A stretch of DNA of 64,000 nt from Candidatus Uhrbacteria bacterium (lineage in GTDB: Bacteria; Patescibacteriota; Patescibacteriia; UBA9934; GWF2-40-263). Shown piece after piece: positions 46,417 to 57,458 of this stretch. Position 1 is the first letter of the stretch. Every line of letters starts with the position of its first letter. Both the position numbers and the translations under genes were made by a program. The stretch covers positions 650 through 64,649 of the forward strand of contig CAIMOJ010000046.1 of the NCBI GenBank assembly GCA_903843045.1. The letters run 5' to 3'. The notes under the pieces were generated by a model. It saw nothing but the letters and a program-made list of their open reading frames with translations. It ran no database searches and had not been told where the DNA came from.

Positions 46417-46827
46417 ATGGAACCAAAGCTCATTCTGATCGTCTGCCCAAAGACCCACCAGCCCTTCTTCGAACGGTCGCTTCGCGAGGCGCTCGACAAG
46501 GAGCGCATCCGCTACGTCTTCGCCCACTGCGACACCGTCGCCGATGCCGCCAAGACCATGGACCAGGCGGGATATCCGGATTTCGTCGTCTGCGTCAAGG
46601 ACGCAAGTTCCGCGGACGCGTACTTCGACCTCCTGCGAAAGGTCCGCCATGCCGGGGAGTCGATGCCGTTCGTCGTCTGGAACGCGTCGTTCTCCCCCGA
46701 AGCCACCGAGCTCATCGCCAGCCTCAGCGGCCTCACCGTCTCCCTGGACAAGCCCGGCGCCCTCGCCCGCCTCAACCGCTACGCCACGACTCTCCTCCAC
46801 GGCCAGCGCCGCAAGCAGGCGTCCTGA
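46417..46827 (+). CDS. Hypothetical protein, weakly receiver (CheY)-like fold
   Basis: MEPKLILIVCPK... alternating beta/alpha pattern; no phospho-acceptor consensus. Confidence 0.3.
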   Translation: MEPKLILIVCPKTHQPFFERSLREALDKERIRYVFAHCDTVADAAKTMDQAGYPDFVVCVKDASSADAYFDLLRKVRHAGESMPFVVWNASFSPEATELIASLSGLTVSLDKPGALARLNRYATTLLHGQRRKQAS

Positions 46828-46881
46828 CCTCGATTCGTCGAGGTCTTTTCATTAAAAAAGCCCGGCGCGTGACGTCGGGCT
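46826..46881. terminator. Back-to-back intrinsic terminators for convergent genes
   Basis: + strand gacctcgattcgtcgaggtc+ttttc; - strand agcccgacgtcacgcgccgggct+tttttt. Confidence 0.5.
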
Positions 46882-47314
46882 AGTCGGCAAGGTCGTTCCA
46901 CTCCTCGAAGGACACCTCTTCCTCGTCGAGGACGTTAAAGATCAGGTTGAACGCGAAGTGCTCGCAGAAGGCGCGGCGTTCCAGATCATGGTCATCGAAC
47001 CTGCAGTGCGCGGTAAACTTGTTCGCGGCCACGTTTCCCTTGCAGAGCGGCCGGTCGCCGCCTATGTCCACCACCAGCCAGACTTCCGAGAACAGGGCGT
47101 CCTCCTGGTGGCGGAATGAGACAATCTGCATGGAGACGACAGTCGGAAACCGTTCGATCGCGGGAAACGGGAGTTCGCATTTCATACGCCGGATCGCCAC
47201 GCATGCGTACTCAAAATCGGCTGCCGACCGTGGCCGCTGGGTAGAGACCATCCGGTAATACTCGGGGAATCCGTCGTTCGCCCAGGCGAGCAGTTGCGTT
47301 TTGGTAATGGTCAT
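46880..47314 (-). CDS. Hypothetical protein (~144 aa) downstream of the ATPase terminator
   Basis: Likely start MTITKTQLLAWANDGFPEYY; no known domain. Confidence 0.3.
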   Translation of the reverse strand: MTITKTQLLAWANDGFPEYYRMVSTQRPRSAADFEYACVAIRRMKCELPFPAIERFPTVVSMQIVSFRHQEDALFSEVWLVVDIGGDRPLCKGNVAANKFTAHCRFDDHDLERRAFCEHFAFNLIFNVLDEEEVSFEEWNDLAD

Positions 47315-47402
47315 TGAGCACCGGGAAAGAGCATGCGGAGAGAGTGACAGAAATCGAGAAGATTGTCCATGCGGGTTGACGAGACGGCCACCCGACAAAA
47401 AA

Positions 47403-47462
47403 CGAACGGGACTAAAGTCCCTGGAAAACTCGATGAGTTCCCAGGGACTTTAGTCCCGTTCG
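47403..47462 (-). terminator. Exceptionally long intrinsic terminator (approx 29-bp near-perfect stem with nested palindromes, loop GAT, T6 tract) after the ATPase gene
   Basis: cgaacgggactaaagtccctggaaaactc gat gagttcccagggactttagtcccgttcg; minus-strand T-tract ttttttg. Confidence 0.65.
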
Positions 47463-47468
47463 CGGGGC

Positions 47469-49799
47469 TTAGTCGAACTTGATCGTCTGACCGGAGTAGA
47501 CCGTGCCGGACTTTAGCGGGACCCAGCCGTCATTGTCGTCGGACGGCGGAGGAGTTGGAACGACGGGGGCCGGAGTCGGTGGCTTCGGAGTTGGCGCGGG
47601 CGTCGTGACGGGAGCCGGAACCGGAGCCGGGTTACTACCAACGCTCGGCGTTGGCAGCAACGGCTTGGGAGCGACGGGTTGTTGTGGATGTGAGTTGTTT
47701 GTAATTTGTGGCGTAGCGGACGGCCTCGGCTTCGGGCTTTGCAGAAACGCCTGGGGCGAGTTCGGGCCGCCGGTGCCCTTGTTAGGGCGCTTGCGGCGCG
47801 TGTCCTTGCCTGGGACGAAGGGGCGCGGTCCCGTCGCGGCCGGGGTTGGCTGTAATTGTCGCGGAGTCGACGGAGAGCCGTGCGTCGCGGCAACCGCGAT
47901 CGGCGCGGCTGGCGTAACCGTCGGGGGGCTGTTGAGCGGAGACGACAGCATCTGAGACATGAAGTCGGTCGCGGGCGCTGGCGTCGAGACGACGGGCTTT
48001 GGCGCGACGACCACCCCTGACCCCTCTCCCACCGTCGGGCGGGATCCCGCCAACGGCGGTGACTGCCTATCAGGAGGGGAAACGTGCTTGATGACCGGAG
48101 CTGCCGGAGGCCTGGCGACTGGGGCCAATGCGGTGAGCGATACGGACGGCGCGGGACGAGGGGCCGCGACAACGGGAACGCTCTCAACCACGGTCCTTCG
48201 AGTTGTCTCAGGGCGATCTTGAGAGATCGGCGGCGGGGGCGGCGACGGAGGACGTCTCGTGTCCTTGCGGTCCTTCCCCTTCGCGCGTTCCTCCTTCACG
48301 ATCTCGATGCATTCCTCGCAGTAAATCGGACGACTCGTGTCGAGCTGAACTGCGAGCGCGATGTCCTTGTTACAGCGCGAACACTTGTAGTCGAACCTCG
48401 GTTTCTTCGCGCCCTTCGCGTCTTTTTTCTTCTGCTCCATCTCCGCGACCATCTTCCCGATGGACTCGTCGTCTCCCATCCCCGTCCACTTCATGATCTT
48501 GTCCGCGATCTCCTCGCGCGGCGTCGTGTACCGCTCGCGGCTCACCTTGATCACCTTCTCTTCCGATCCCGTCCTTTTGGCAATCGGCGGGAGCGTCTGA
48601 GCCGAGAATGGCTGGCTCGTAACGCCGTCGATGAGAAGCTTCAAATAGATGTTGTACTTGGGAAGGTTGATGATGTCCTCCGGCAAAAAGCGCGGCGCGA
48701 ACTCCGTTTCCATGTATGCGGCGTCCGGCGAACCGACGCGGAACGTAACGATCGTTCCGACGTTTCCAAACACGGCCTCGCGCACCTCGTCGGAGAGCTG
48801 GGCAATGTATTGGTGGGCCATCGTCAGGCACAGGCGGTACTTGCGCGCCTCGGATAGGATTCCGGCAAACGATTCCGTCGCGAAGTTCTGGAACTCGTCC
48901 ACGTACATATAAAAATCCTTGCGCTCGTGCTCCGGCTGGTCCACGCGTTCCATGGCCGACAGCTGCAGCTTCGTGATCAGCAGACCGCCGAGCAGGCGCA
49001 TGTTGTCCTCGCCGATGCGGCCCTTCGACAGGTTGATGATCAGGATCTTCTGCTCGTCCATCAGCTGGCGGATGTTGATGGTCGACTTTACCTGCGCGAC
49101 GATATTGCGAATGACCGAGGCGGACAAAAACTGACCGATCTTGTTCTGGATCGGGGCCACGGCCTCCTGCGCGTACTTCTCCTGGTAGCTGGCGAATTCC
49201 ACCAGCCAGAACTGCTTCACCACCGGATCCTGCACGTTTGCGACGATCTTGCGTCGGAAGTCCGCATCGGACAGCATGCGGTTGATTCCAAGCAGCGTCG
49301 ACCCCGGGTTGTCCAAGAGCGCGAGGATCGCGTTGTTCAGGATGTACTCCATGCGCGCGCTCCAGAGGTTCTCCCAAAGCTTCTTGAACACGCCCATCAT
49401 TCCGGACGCGACCAGGTGCTTCGTCTTCTCGCTGACCGTCTCCAAGATGTTGAATCCGATCGGAAAATCAAGGTCGGCCGGATTGAAGTAGATGACGTCG
49501 TTTATGCGCCAGCTCGGGATATAGTCGATAAGCCGCTCGGCCGTGTCGCCGTGCGGGTCGATGTACGCGCATCCGTGGCCGGCATAGATGTCGGTAAGAA
49601 TGAGGTTTTCGAGCAGGACCGTCTTGCCCATGCCCGTTTTTCCGATCACGTACACGTGGCGGCGGCGGTCATCGGTCTTAACGCCAAATTTCCGCATCTG
49701 ATTGCGGAAATTGGTGCGTGCAAAGTAGTTTACCTCGTTCTCGTGATCGTGGGCGTAGCTCATACGGGAAGGTTCGGGGGAATACCGTCGTCGACCCAT
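47469..49799 (-). CDS. VirD4/TraD/TraG-like (type IV coupling protein or HerA/DUF87-like) P-loop ATPase with C-terminal zinc ribbon and ~280-aa Pro/Ala/Thr-rich tail
   Basis: Walker A VIGKTGMGKT, Walker B FYMYVDEFQNF, coupling-protein-type LTMAHQYIAQL motif, CxxC-x17-CxxC ribbon (CSRCN...CEEC), low-complexity tail (PPSPPPPP, APVPAPVTTPAPTPKPP); alternative start 49763. Confidence 0.7.
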   Translation of the reverse strand: MGRRRYSPEPSRMSYAHDHENEVNYFARTNFRNQMRKFGVKTDDRRRHVYVIGKTGMGKTVLLENLILTDIYAGHGCAYIDPHGDTAERLIDYIPSWRINDVIYFNPADLDFPIGFNILETVSEKTKHLVASGMMGVFKKLWENLWSARMEYILNNAILALLDNPGSTLLGINRMLSDADFRRKIVANVQDPVVKQFWLVEFASYQEKYAQEAVAPIQNKIGQFLSASVIRNIVAQVKSTINIRQLMDEQKILIINLSKGRIGEDNMRLLGGLLITKLQLSAMERVDQPEHERKDFYMYVDEFQNFATESFAGILSEARKYRLCLTMAHQYIAQLSDEVREAVFGNVGTIVTFRVGSPDAAYMETEFAPRFLPEDIINLPKYNIYLKLLIDGVTSQPFSAQTLPPIAKRTGSEEKVIKVSRERYTTPREEIADKIMKWTGMGDDESIGKMVAEMEQKKKDAKGAKKPRFDYKCSRCNKDIALAVQLDTSRPIYCEECIEIVKEERAKGKDRKDTRRPPSPPPPPISQDRPETTRRTVVESVPVVAAPRPAPSVSLTALAPVARPPAAPVIKHVSPPDRQSPPLAGSRPTVGEGSGVVVAPKPVVSTPAPATDFMSQMLSSPLNSPPTVTPAAPIAVAATHGSPSTPRQLQPTPAATGPRPFVPGKDTRRKRPNKGTGGPNSPQAFLQSPKPRPSATPQITNNSHPQQPVAPKPLLPTPSVGSNPAPVPAPVTTPAPTPKPPTPAPVVPTPPPSDDNDGWVPLKSGTVYSGQTIKFD
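47631..47660. repeat. Palindromic element family C copy (encodes LLPTPSVGSN in the ATPase tail)
   Basis: ttactaccaacgctcggcgttggcagcaac. Confidence 0.5.
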
Positions 49800-51427
49800 C
49801 CCGGCGGCGGTCCGGGGAGCTCAACGTCGGCGGGAGGACCCATGTCAACCGCGTCGAGCCCGTCCTCGCCTTCCTCGTCGGGAGTAAACTGATGCGCGGA
49901 CGCGGGAGCCTCGGACGGTTCCATTCCAGGCAGCCGGATCTCCGGCTCCTGTGCCGTCTCATGCGATTGAACGTGCGATCCGTGATCCTCATGTGCACCG
50001 GCGCCATGCGACAATGCCACTCCGCCTTGATGCGCAGACAAAACCGGGGCGTGCGCGGAAACCGGCATGCGGGTCGGCGTCGAATGGTGGTCGACGTCGT
50101 CCGATCCGATCGGAAGCCCGACCGGCGGCTCGGCACGCTTGGCGTCGGCCTTCTTCACGAGCGGGGCCTTCACCGTGATCGACGGGAAGTGCCAGAGCGT
50201 GGCGAGTTCCTCGATGTTGAGCGTCCATGCGTCCGCGCCAATTCCCCACGATCGGTTGCGGAACGCGCGAACGAGCCGTCCTTGGCGCGCGGCGTACGTC
50301 CATGCCTGCCAGAAATAGTCGTCCTTCGGCGTGGCGTCACCGTGCAATCCGAGCGAGTTCATGTTCAGGTGCGCGAACTGGTTGAACATCCCCTTCACGA
50401 ACGCGGTACGTGCCTGCTTGTCGTATACGCCCTTCTTGCCGAGATACACCAGGCGCATCTTCGTCTTGTAACCCACCTTGCCAATCTTCTTCAGAACGCC
50501 CTCAACCTGTTCCTTTTCGGCCATCGTGATCTTGAATGCCTTCCACATGTCAGGATCCTGCGCCGGCTTCGCATGCGGATCCGCCCCCGTCGAAAAGCCA
50601 AACGCTTCCATCGCGATGTCTGCCGGGATCGAGAGGGCGTTGGTGATCAGGTTTTCGAACGCGCCCGGCGCATGTTTCTTCTCGTTTCCGAACACCTTGT
50701 TGATAAAGTCCTCGCCGGCCTTCTTCCAGTCGTTCCCGTCCGGCTTGATGATGATTTGAATCCAAAAGTGCTCGCCGACCTTCATCTTTGCCAGCTGTTC
50801 CAGAATCGGACCGAGCGGGTCCTTCAGTTCGCCGGAAATCTTATCCTCGAAGTCCGTGTAGGTGCGCAGCGGAAAGATCTCCGGTTTTTTCAAAATGAGC
50901 TCGCTTCCCCACGTGTCCCAGGTATCGTGCGGATATTCTCCCGGTGCCCAGCTCGCATAGTCCTCGACTTCCGTGATCTCCGCCTCCGGATACGCCGCGT
51001 AAATGCCCGCCTCGGCCACGTCGCGATAACGGGTCTGCGTTCGCATGTAGAACTGCACGTATCCCTCGGTAGAGACGATCTCAAACGAGAACGGGGACTG
51101 AAACTTTCCGATGATCCACTTTTCCTTCCAAGTCAGGTTGGAAAACGATCCCCAGAGGGAGGAGAACATGTTCTCGAGCGCCTTCGGCGTCTGCTCCGTC
51201 ATCGGCGGGACATCGATGGCAAGGAGACAGAATTTCAAGGACGCGTTGTACTTCTCCTGCCGCGTAACTTTCCAGATCTCCGTGATTCCCCACAGGATCA
51301 CAATCACGATAGGGATCCATCCGAACCACACGAGCAGGTCGTAAAGAACGACGTCTATCGGCTGGTTCCAAAACAGCGGGGACGAGAGGGAGTCGAAAAG
51401 GGATGCGGCGAAGAACATAGTGAGCAC
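49760..51427 (-). CDS. Membrane protein partner of the ATPase (two N-terminal TM helices, large soluble domain, His- and Pro-rich C-terminus)
   Basis: TMs at residues ~1-20 and ~28-50; C-terminal HGAGAHEDHGSHVQSH, PGPPPGW; 3' end overlaps the ATPase start. Confidence 0.5.
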   Translation of the reverse strand: MLTMFFAASLFDSLSSPLFWNQPIDVVLYDLLVWFGWIPIVIVILWGITEIWKVTRQEKYNASLKFCLLAIDVPPMTEQTPKALENMFSSLWGSFSNLTWKEKWIIGKFQSPFSFEIVSTEGYVQFYMRTQTRYRDVAEAGIYAAYPEAEITEVEDYASWAPGEYPHDTWDTWGSELILKKPEIFPLRTYTDFEDKISGELKDPLGPILEQLAKMKVGEHFWIQIIIKPDGNDWKKAGEDFINKVFGNEKKHAPGAFENLITNALSIPADIAMEAFGFSTGADPHAKPAQDPDMWKAFKITMAEKEQVEGVLKKIGKVGYKTKMRLVYLGKKGVYDKQARTAFVKGMFNQFAHLNMNSLGLHGDATPKDDYFWQAWTYAARQGRLVRAFRNRSWGIGADAWTLNIEELATLWHFPSITVKAPLVKKADAKRAEPPVGLPIGSDDVDHHSTPTRMPVSAHAPVLSAHQGGVALSHGAGAHEDHGSHVQSHETAQEPEIRLPGMEPSEAPASAHQFTPDEEGEDGLDAVDMGPPADVELPGPPPGWVDDGIPPNLPV

Positions 51428-51493
51428 AGTATAACACGGAGGGGCGAGTGGATACCAATCTATAAATCCGTTACAAAACCACGAATCAACAAA

Positions 51494-51522
51494 ACGCTAC
51501 GAATAAAGTATTCGTAGCGTTC
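51494..51522 (-). terminator. Intrinsic terminator of secDF (12-bp perfect stem)
   Basis: acgctacgaata aag tattcgtagcgt, then ttttgttg on the minus strand. Confidence 0.55.
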
Positions 51523-51553
51523 GATAGCCACCCGTTGATTGGTATCCCCGAGT

Positions 51554-52450
51554 CTACTTCTTCTTCATCATCTCCCACTCCACGAGCGCCGGGCTCGCGA
51601 AGAAGATCGAGGAGTACGTTCCAACGAGGACGCCGATGAGCAATGCCAGCGCGAACGGGCGCGTGGTCTCGCCGCCGATTACGAGGATCGAGGAGAGCGC
51701 GAGAAGCACGGTCACCGACGTGTTGATGGAGCGGATGTACGTCTGCTGGATGGACTTTTCCACGATGTCCTCGAACGCCTCGCCGGTGTGGCGGGACAGG
51801 TTCTCGCGGGTTCGGTCGAAGACGACGACCGTGTCGGAGATCGAGTAACCGAGGATGGTCAGCATGGCCGCGATGAACGCCGTGCCCACTTCCCAGTGCC
51901 AGTAGTGGCCGATCACGGCGAAGACGCCGAGCGGGATGATGACGTCGTGCGCCGCGCAGAGCACCGTAAGCATGCCGTACTTCCACGAGGCGATCGGCTC
52001 GGAAACCTTCCGGAACGCCCAGGAGATGTAGAGGCCGATCAGCACGAGCGTGGTGACGAGGCCGAGCATCGCGGACTTGCGCAGCTCGTTGCCGATCACC
52101 GGGCCGATGGAATCGAACTTGTCCTCGGTAAAGTCGCCGAACTTCGTATGAAGCGTGGTCAGGACGGCCTGGTGCTGCTCCTCGGTGAGCGACGGAAGGC
52201 GAACGAGCGCGCGGTTGCCGGACGACGACTGGACCGTGACGCCCTGCTCGCCGGAATCGGTCAGGGCCGAGGTGATGTCCGCGGAAGCCGGGGTCGCGTT
52301 CACGAAGGAAAGCTCCATGAGCGACCCCCCCTTGAAGTCAATGGAGAATTCCAAGCCGAAGACGGCAAGGGCGACGAAGCTGGCGACGATCGAGAGACCG
52401 GACAGGGCGAACCACCAGCGGCGAAGCCCGACGAAAGAGAATTTTTTCAT
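51554..52450 (-). CDS. secF: Protein translocase subunit SecF
   Basis: 298 aa, 6 TM helices, SecF signature; 1-nt gap to secD. Confidence 0.9.
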   Translation of the reverse strand: MKKFSFVGLRRWWFALSGLSIVASFVALAVFGLEFSIDFKGGSLMELSFVNATPASADITSALTDSGEQGVTVQSSSGNRALVRLPSLTEEQHQAVLTTLHTKFGDFTEDKFDSIGPVIGNELRKSAMLGLVTTLVLIGLYISWAFRKVSEPIASWKYGMLTVLCAAHDVIIPLGVFAVIGHYWHWEVGTAFIAAMLTILGYSISDTVVVFDRTRENLSRHTGEAFEDIVEKSIQQTYIRSINTSVTVLLALSSILVIGGETTRPFALALLIGVLVGTYSSIFFASPALVEWEMMKKK

Positions 52451-52451
52451 A

Positions 52452-54521
<2,070 letters not shown>

Positions 54522-54526
54522 AGGGG

Positions 54527-54563
54527 GTTACAAAGCCACAAATGGGCTACAAATCTACAAAGG
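54527..54563 (-). promoter_or_regulatory. Four phased TTTGTA(G/A) repeats in the secD 5' leader
   Basis: Minus strand ctttgtagatttgtagcccatttgtggctttgtaa, immediately upstream of the secD ATG. Confidence 0.3.
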
Positions 54564-54653
54564 GTTGACGGGCGGTAGTGTACCCTCAAGGCCCGGTTTG
54601 TCGCAAGATCGCCCTGGGGAAAAGAAAAAGCGGCCCGGTGGGGGGTCGCAGGG

Positions 54654-55136
54654 TCAGTTGACCGTGGCTTCCGGAGAACGGGTCGTCCTCGGCCGCCAGC
54701 TTTCGAGGTGCGCGTGCTCCATGTCGAGGTCGAACCAGAGGCGGCCGAGGGTGATGCCGAGCCGCTCGCGCAGCAGGTCGTACGCCTGTCCGACCTCGAA
54801 ATGGCCGGGGTATCCCATCCCATCCTCACGCTTGAAATCGCCGACATGAGGCGACCACTTGAAGCCGATGGCGGGATGGTACCTCATGTGAGCCGTCCAT
54901 CCGCCCTGTTCCTTGCAGCGGAACGCCCCGTTTCCGACGAGTCGCATCAGGATCTCCGCGACGCGGGCCGCTTCCGCCGGAGCGTCGCGCATGAGCCCGA
55001 CCTCGACGCGCTCGATGACGCTCTGCCTGCCGACGACGCGAACGCCGATGACATTCTCCCGAGCCATCCAATCCTCAAATGACATGGTGCCCTCCCAGGC
55101 GACGGCCACCCTAATCAAAACGGCGTCGATCGTCAA
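54654..55136 (-). CDS. Hypothetical protein (~145-160 aa)
   Basis: No recognisable motif; start may be MSFEDW (55085). Confidence 0.3.
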   Translation of the reverse strand: MTIDAVLIRVAVAWEGTMSFEDWMARENVIGVRVVGRQSVIERVEVGLMRDAPAEAARVAEILMRLVGNGAFRCKEQGGWTAHMRYHPAIGFKWSPHVGDFKREDGMGYPGHFEVGQAYDLLRERLGITLGRLWFDLDMEHAHLESWRPRTTRSPEATVN

Positions 55137-55162
55137 CCGGCGCCGTCTGGGATTCCGATAAC

Positions 55163-56602
55163 TTACGCGACGACAACCGCGTGGTTCTTCAGCGAGCGCC
55201 AGGCTTCGACCGGCTCGGTCCCTTCCTGGATCCCGAGCGCGTTCACGAACGAGCCCGATCCCATAAGCGCGGAATGGGCCTCGAACGAGACGAACCGCGC
55301 GTGCGGGGCGAACCGCTCAATCCAGTGTCGTACGCTCTCCTCGGCGGCCTTCCACGCGTAGATCGTGTCGACGGAGGACAGCGGAACCTGCGGTCCGAGC
55401 AGATTCCCCTCCCCGCCGTAATCGACGATCTTGTGGTCGTCATCCTCCCCCACGAGTCCCGAGTGCATCAGGCTAAGCGATTCGCCAAAGCCGGACTTCC
55501 GACTGCCAGGGTCAACCGTCCGGAGGTATTCCTCCTGCTTCGCCTGGCTGATCCCGAAGGTGACGAAGGACTCGTCAAACCAGGCGATCGTGTTATACGC
55601 GCTCCAGCCGCGGAATCCTCGGTCGCCGTAGACGTTCCAAAGACCGGATCCGTGCTTCTCGTCTCCCGCCTCTCCCGTTCGGATCGGGTGTTGCCGTTCC
55701 AGTAATTCTCCGCTCGACAGAATTGCTCCCTGCCGTCCGATCGGCCATAGCGCGGCAGACCCGCTGGCATGGGAGTAATCGGAAGGACGGTACCCCGACT
55801 CGATCAGGTCGACGACCTCGTCGATGACGCGTGATTCGACGAACGTGAACTCGTCCATGTACTCCGAGATTTTATCCGGAAGAAGCGACCACGTTCCCGC
55901 GGCCTGGTAGAACTTCTCGCGGTCCGACCAGTGCCAGGCGTTGCGTCCAGGTTCCGGCCGCGCGGTCACCATGCGTTCCGGGTGGACGCTCCGCTCCGTC
56001 GCGTACATGACCTGGCATCGAAACATCGAGATTCTCCGACGGGATACGTCTTGAAGGTAATGCGTTTGAAACGATGGGAATGACGTGAACGCCCCGAGCC
56101 ATGGGAAACGGGCTCGTTCGGCTGGATCGCGCGCGCGTCGCGACAGCTCGTAGAGGAGCCCGAAGAACGGCAGGTCCTCGACATCCGGCTGCGGACAGGA
56201 TTCCTTGACGCGACCGACGTATTCGACGATCCGCGCCTGGACGGCGGACTCCATCGTCTCAGGCGTCGCCTCGACGGACGCGGCAAGCTCAGCCATCGTT
56301 CGCGCGGGAATGCCCGTGATCCGAGGCGCCTGATCCAAACGTCGTTGCAGAAGCTCTCGGATCGGCAGCGCGCCGAGCTCCTCCAGCCGCTCCCGAAGCA
56401 GACGCGCCTTCTCTTCGCGCGCAGGCCGATCAAACTCGAACTTCGTTCGCATCCATGCCCGCTTTTTCTCCCCCTGCTCCCTGCTCCCATACGGAAGCGC
56501 CTCCCACTCCGCGCGCAGGCGATCCAATTCCTCTTCGGTCGTCGTCGCGACGCTTGAAAACGCCTGACGTTCCATCGGAACTTCGCGGCCTGATTCGTTC
56601 AT
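55163..56602 (-). CDS. Hypothetical protein (~480 aa), acidic/charged N-terminal helical region
   Basis: Likely start MNESGREVPMERQ; the Arg-rich upstream extension in the ORF track overlaps the DUF1294 gene and is spurious. Confidence 0.35.
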   Translation of the reverse strand: MNESGREVPMERQAFSSVATTTEEELDRLRAEWEALPYGSREQGEKKRAWMRTKFEFDRPAREEKARLLRERLEELGALPIRELLQRRLDQAPRITGIPARTMAELAASVEATPETMESAVQARIVEYVGRVKESCPQPDVEDLPFFGLLYELSRRARDPAERARFPWLGAFTSFPSFQTHYLQDVSRRRISMFRCQVMYATERSVHPERMVTARPEPGRNAWHWSDREKFYQAAGTWSLLPDKISEYMDEFTFVESRVIDEVVDLIESGYRPSDYSHASGSAALWPIGRQGAILSSGELLERQHPIRTGEAGDEKHGSGLWNVYGDRGFRGWSAYNTIAWFDESFVTFGISQAKQEEYLRTVDPGSRKSGFGESLSLMHSGLVGEDDDHKIVDYGGEGNLLGPQVPLSSVDTIYAWKAAEESVRHWIERFAPHARFVSFEAHSALMGSGSFVNALGIQEGTEPVEAWRSLKNHAVVVA

Positions 56603-56607
56603 AGGCG

Positions 56608-56994
56608 TTAAAACGTGATGTCTCCGTTCAACCTCAGTATACCCAAAACGATCAGAACCTGCACGAGGACGAGAATCGCCAGAACGAACTGAAACGACGT
56701 CTTGCTCGTCTTGTGTCGGAACGCCTTCATGGCAAGCAGCGCGCCGGGAGAGCCGGCGAGGAACGCGACGAACTGAAGCGTTCGTTCCGGAACGCGTCGC
56801 GACTGCGTGACGGCAAGGAGCTTGTCGAGGCCGTAGAGGACGAATGTCGCGACGTTGATCGCGACGAAAAGGACGAGGTACCATCGGTACGTCAGGTAGT
56901 GCTCGCCCGCGACGAAGCCGGCGACGATGAGGATCGTCCAGAGGATGAGAAACGGGACGTCGGGAGGTCGGCGATTTGGTTTGCGGCTGGCCAT
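56608..56994 (-). CDS. DUF1294-family small membrane protein
   Basis: MASRKPNRRPP...GLDKLLAVTQSRRVPERTLQFVAFLAGSPGALLAMKAFRHKTSK; three TM helices. Confidence 0.5.
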   Translation of the reverse strand: MASRKPNRRPPDVPFLILWTILIVAGFVAGEHYLTYRWYLVLFVAINVATFVLYGLDKLLAVTQSRRVPERTLQFVAFLAGSPGALLAMKAFRHKTSKTSFQFVLAILVLVQVLIVLGILRLNGDITF

Positions 56995-57011
56995 AGTGTG
57001 ACGAGGATGGA

Positions 57012-57458
57012 TTAAGCGCGCGCCTCGCGTTCCAGCGTCGGGCGCGCCGCGTCGAGCACGATCGCTAGGCACGAGTGAACCGGGGTCGGGAACGCGCCGA
57101 GCGGGAACCATCCGATCTCGTCCGCCTTTTCCGGCTCGCCGACCGTCGCGGACTCGCGATCGACGAGCACGACGTGGACGGCGGAAACCCAATGGCTCAG
57201 CGCCTCGCCCCCGCCGCGGAGCAAATTCTGGACGGAGGCGAGCTCCACGCGGACCGGCTCCGTCCCATACTCCTCCCGCACCTCGCGCCGCACCGCCTCC
57301 TCGAACGTTTCCCCAACTTCCATCGACCCGCCGCCGACGTCCCATCTCCCCTGCTCGTCGCGGCACGCGGCGCTTCGCTTGTGCATGAGTATATTCCCCT
57401 GCCCGTCGTGGCAGATAAAAACGACGCCGACGCCGATGTAATCCTTCCCCTTTTTCAT
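57012..57458 (-). CDS. NUDIX hydrolase
   Basis: Nudix box GGGSMEVGETFEEAVRREVREEYG; 148 aa. Confidence 0.75.
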   Translation of the reverse strand: MKKGKDYIGVGVVFICHDGQGNILMHKRSAACRDEQGRWDVGGGSMEVGETFEEAVRREVREEYGTEPVRVELASVQNLLRGGGEALSHWVSAVHVVLVDRESATVGEPEKADEIGWFPLGAFPTPVHSCLAIVLDAARPTLEREARA

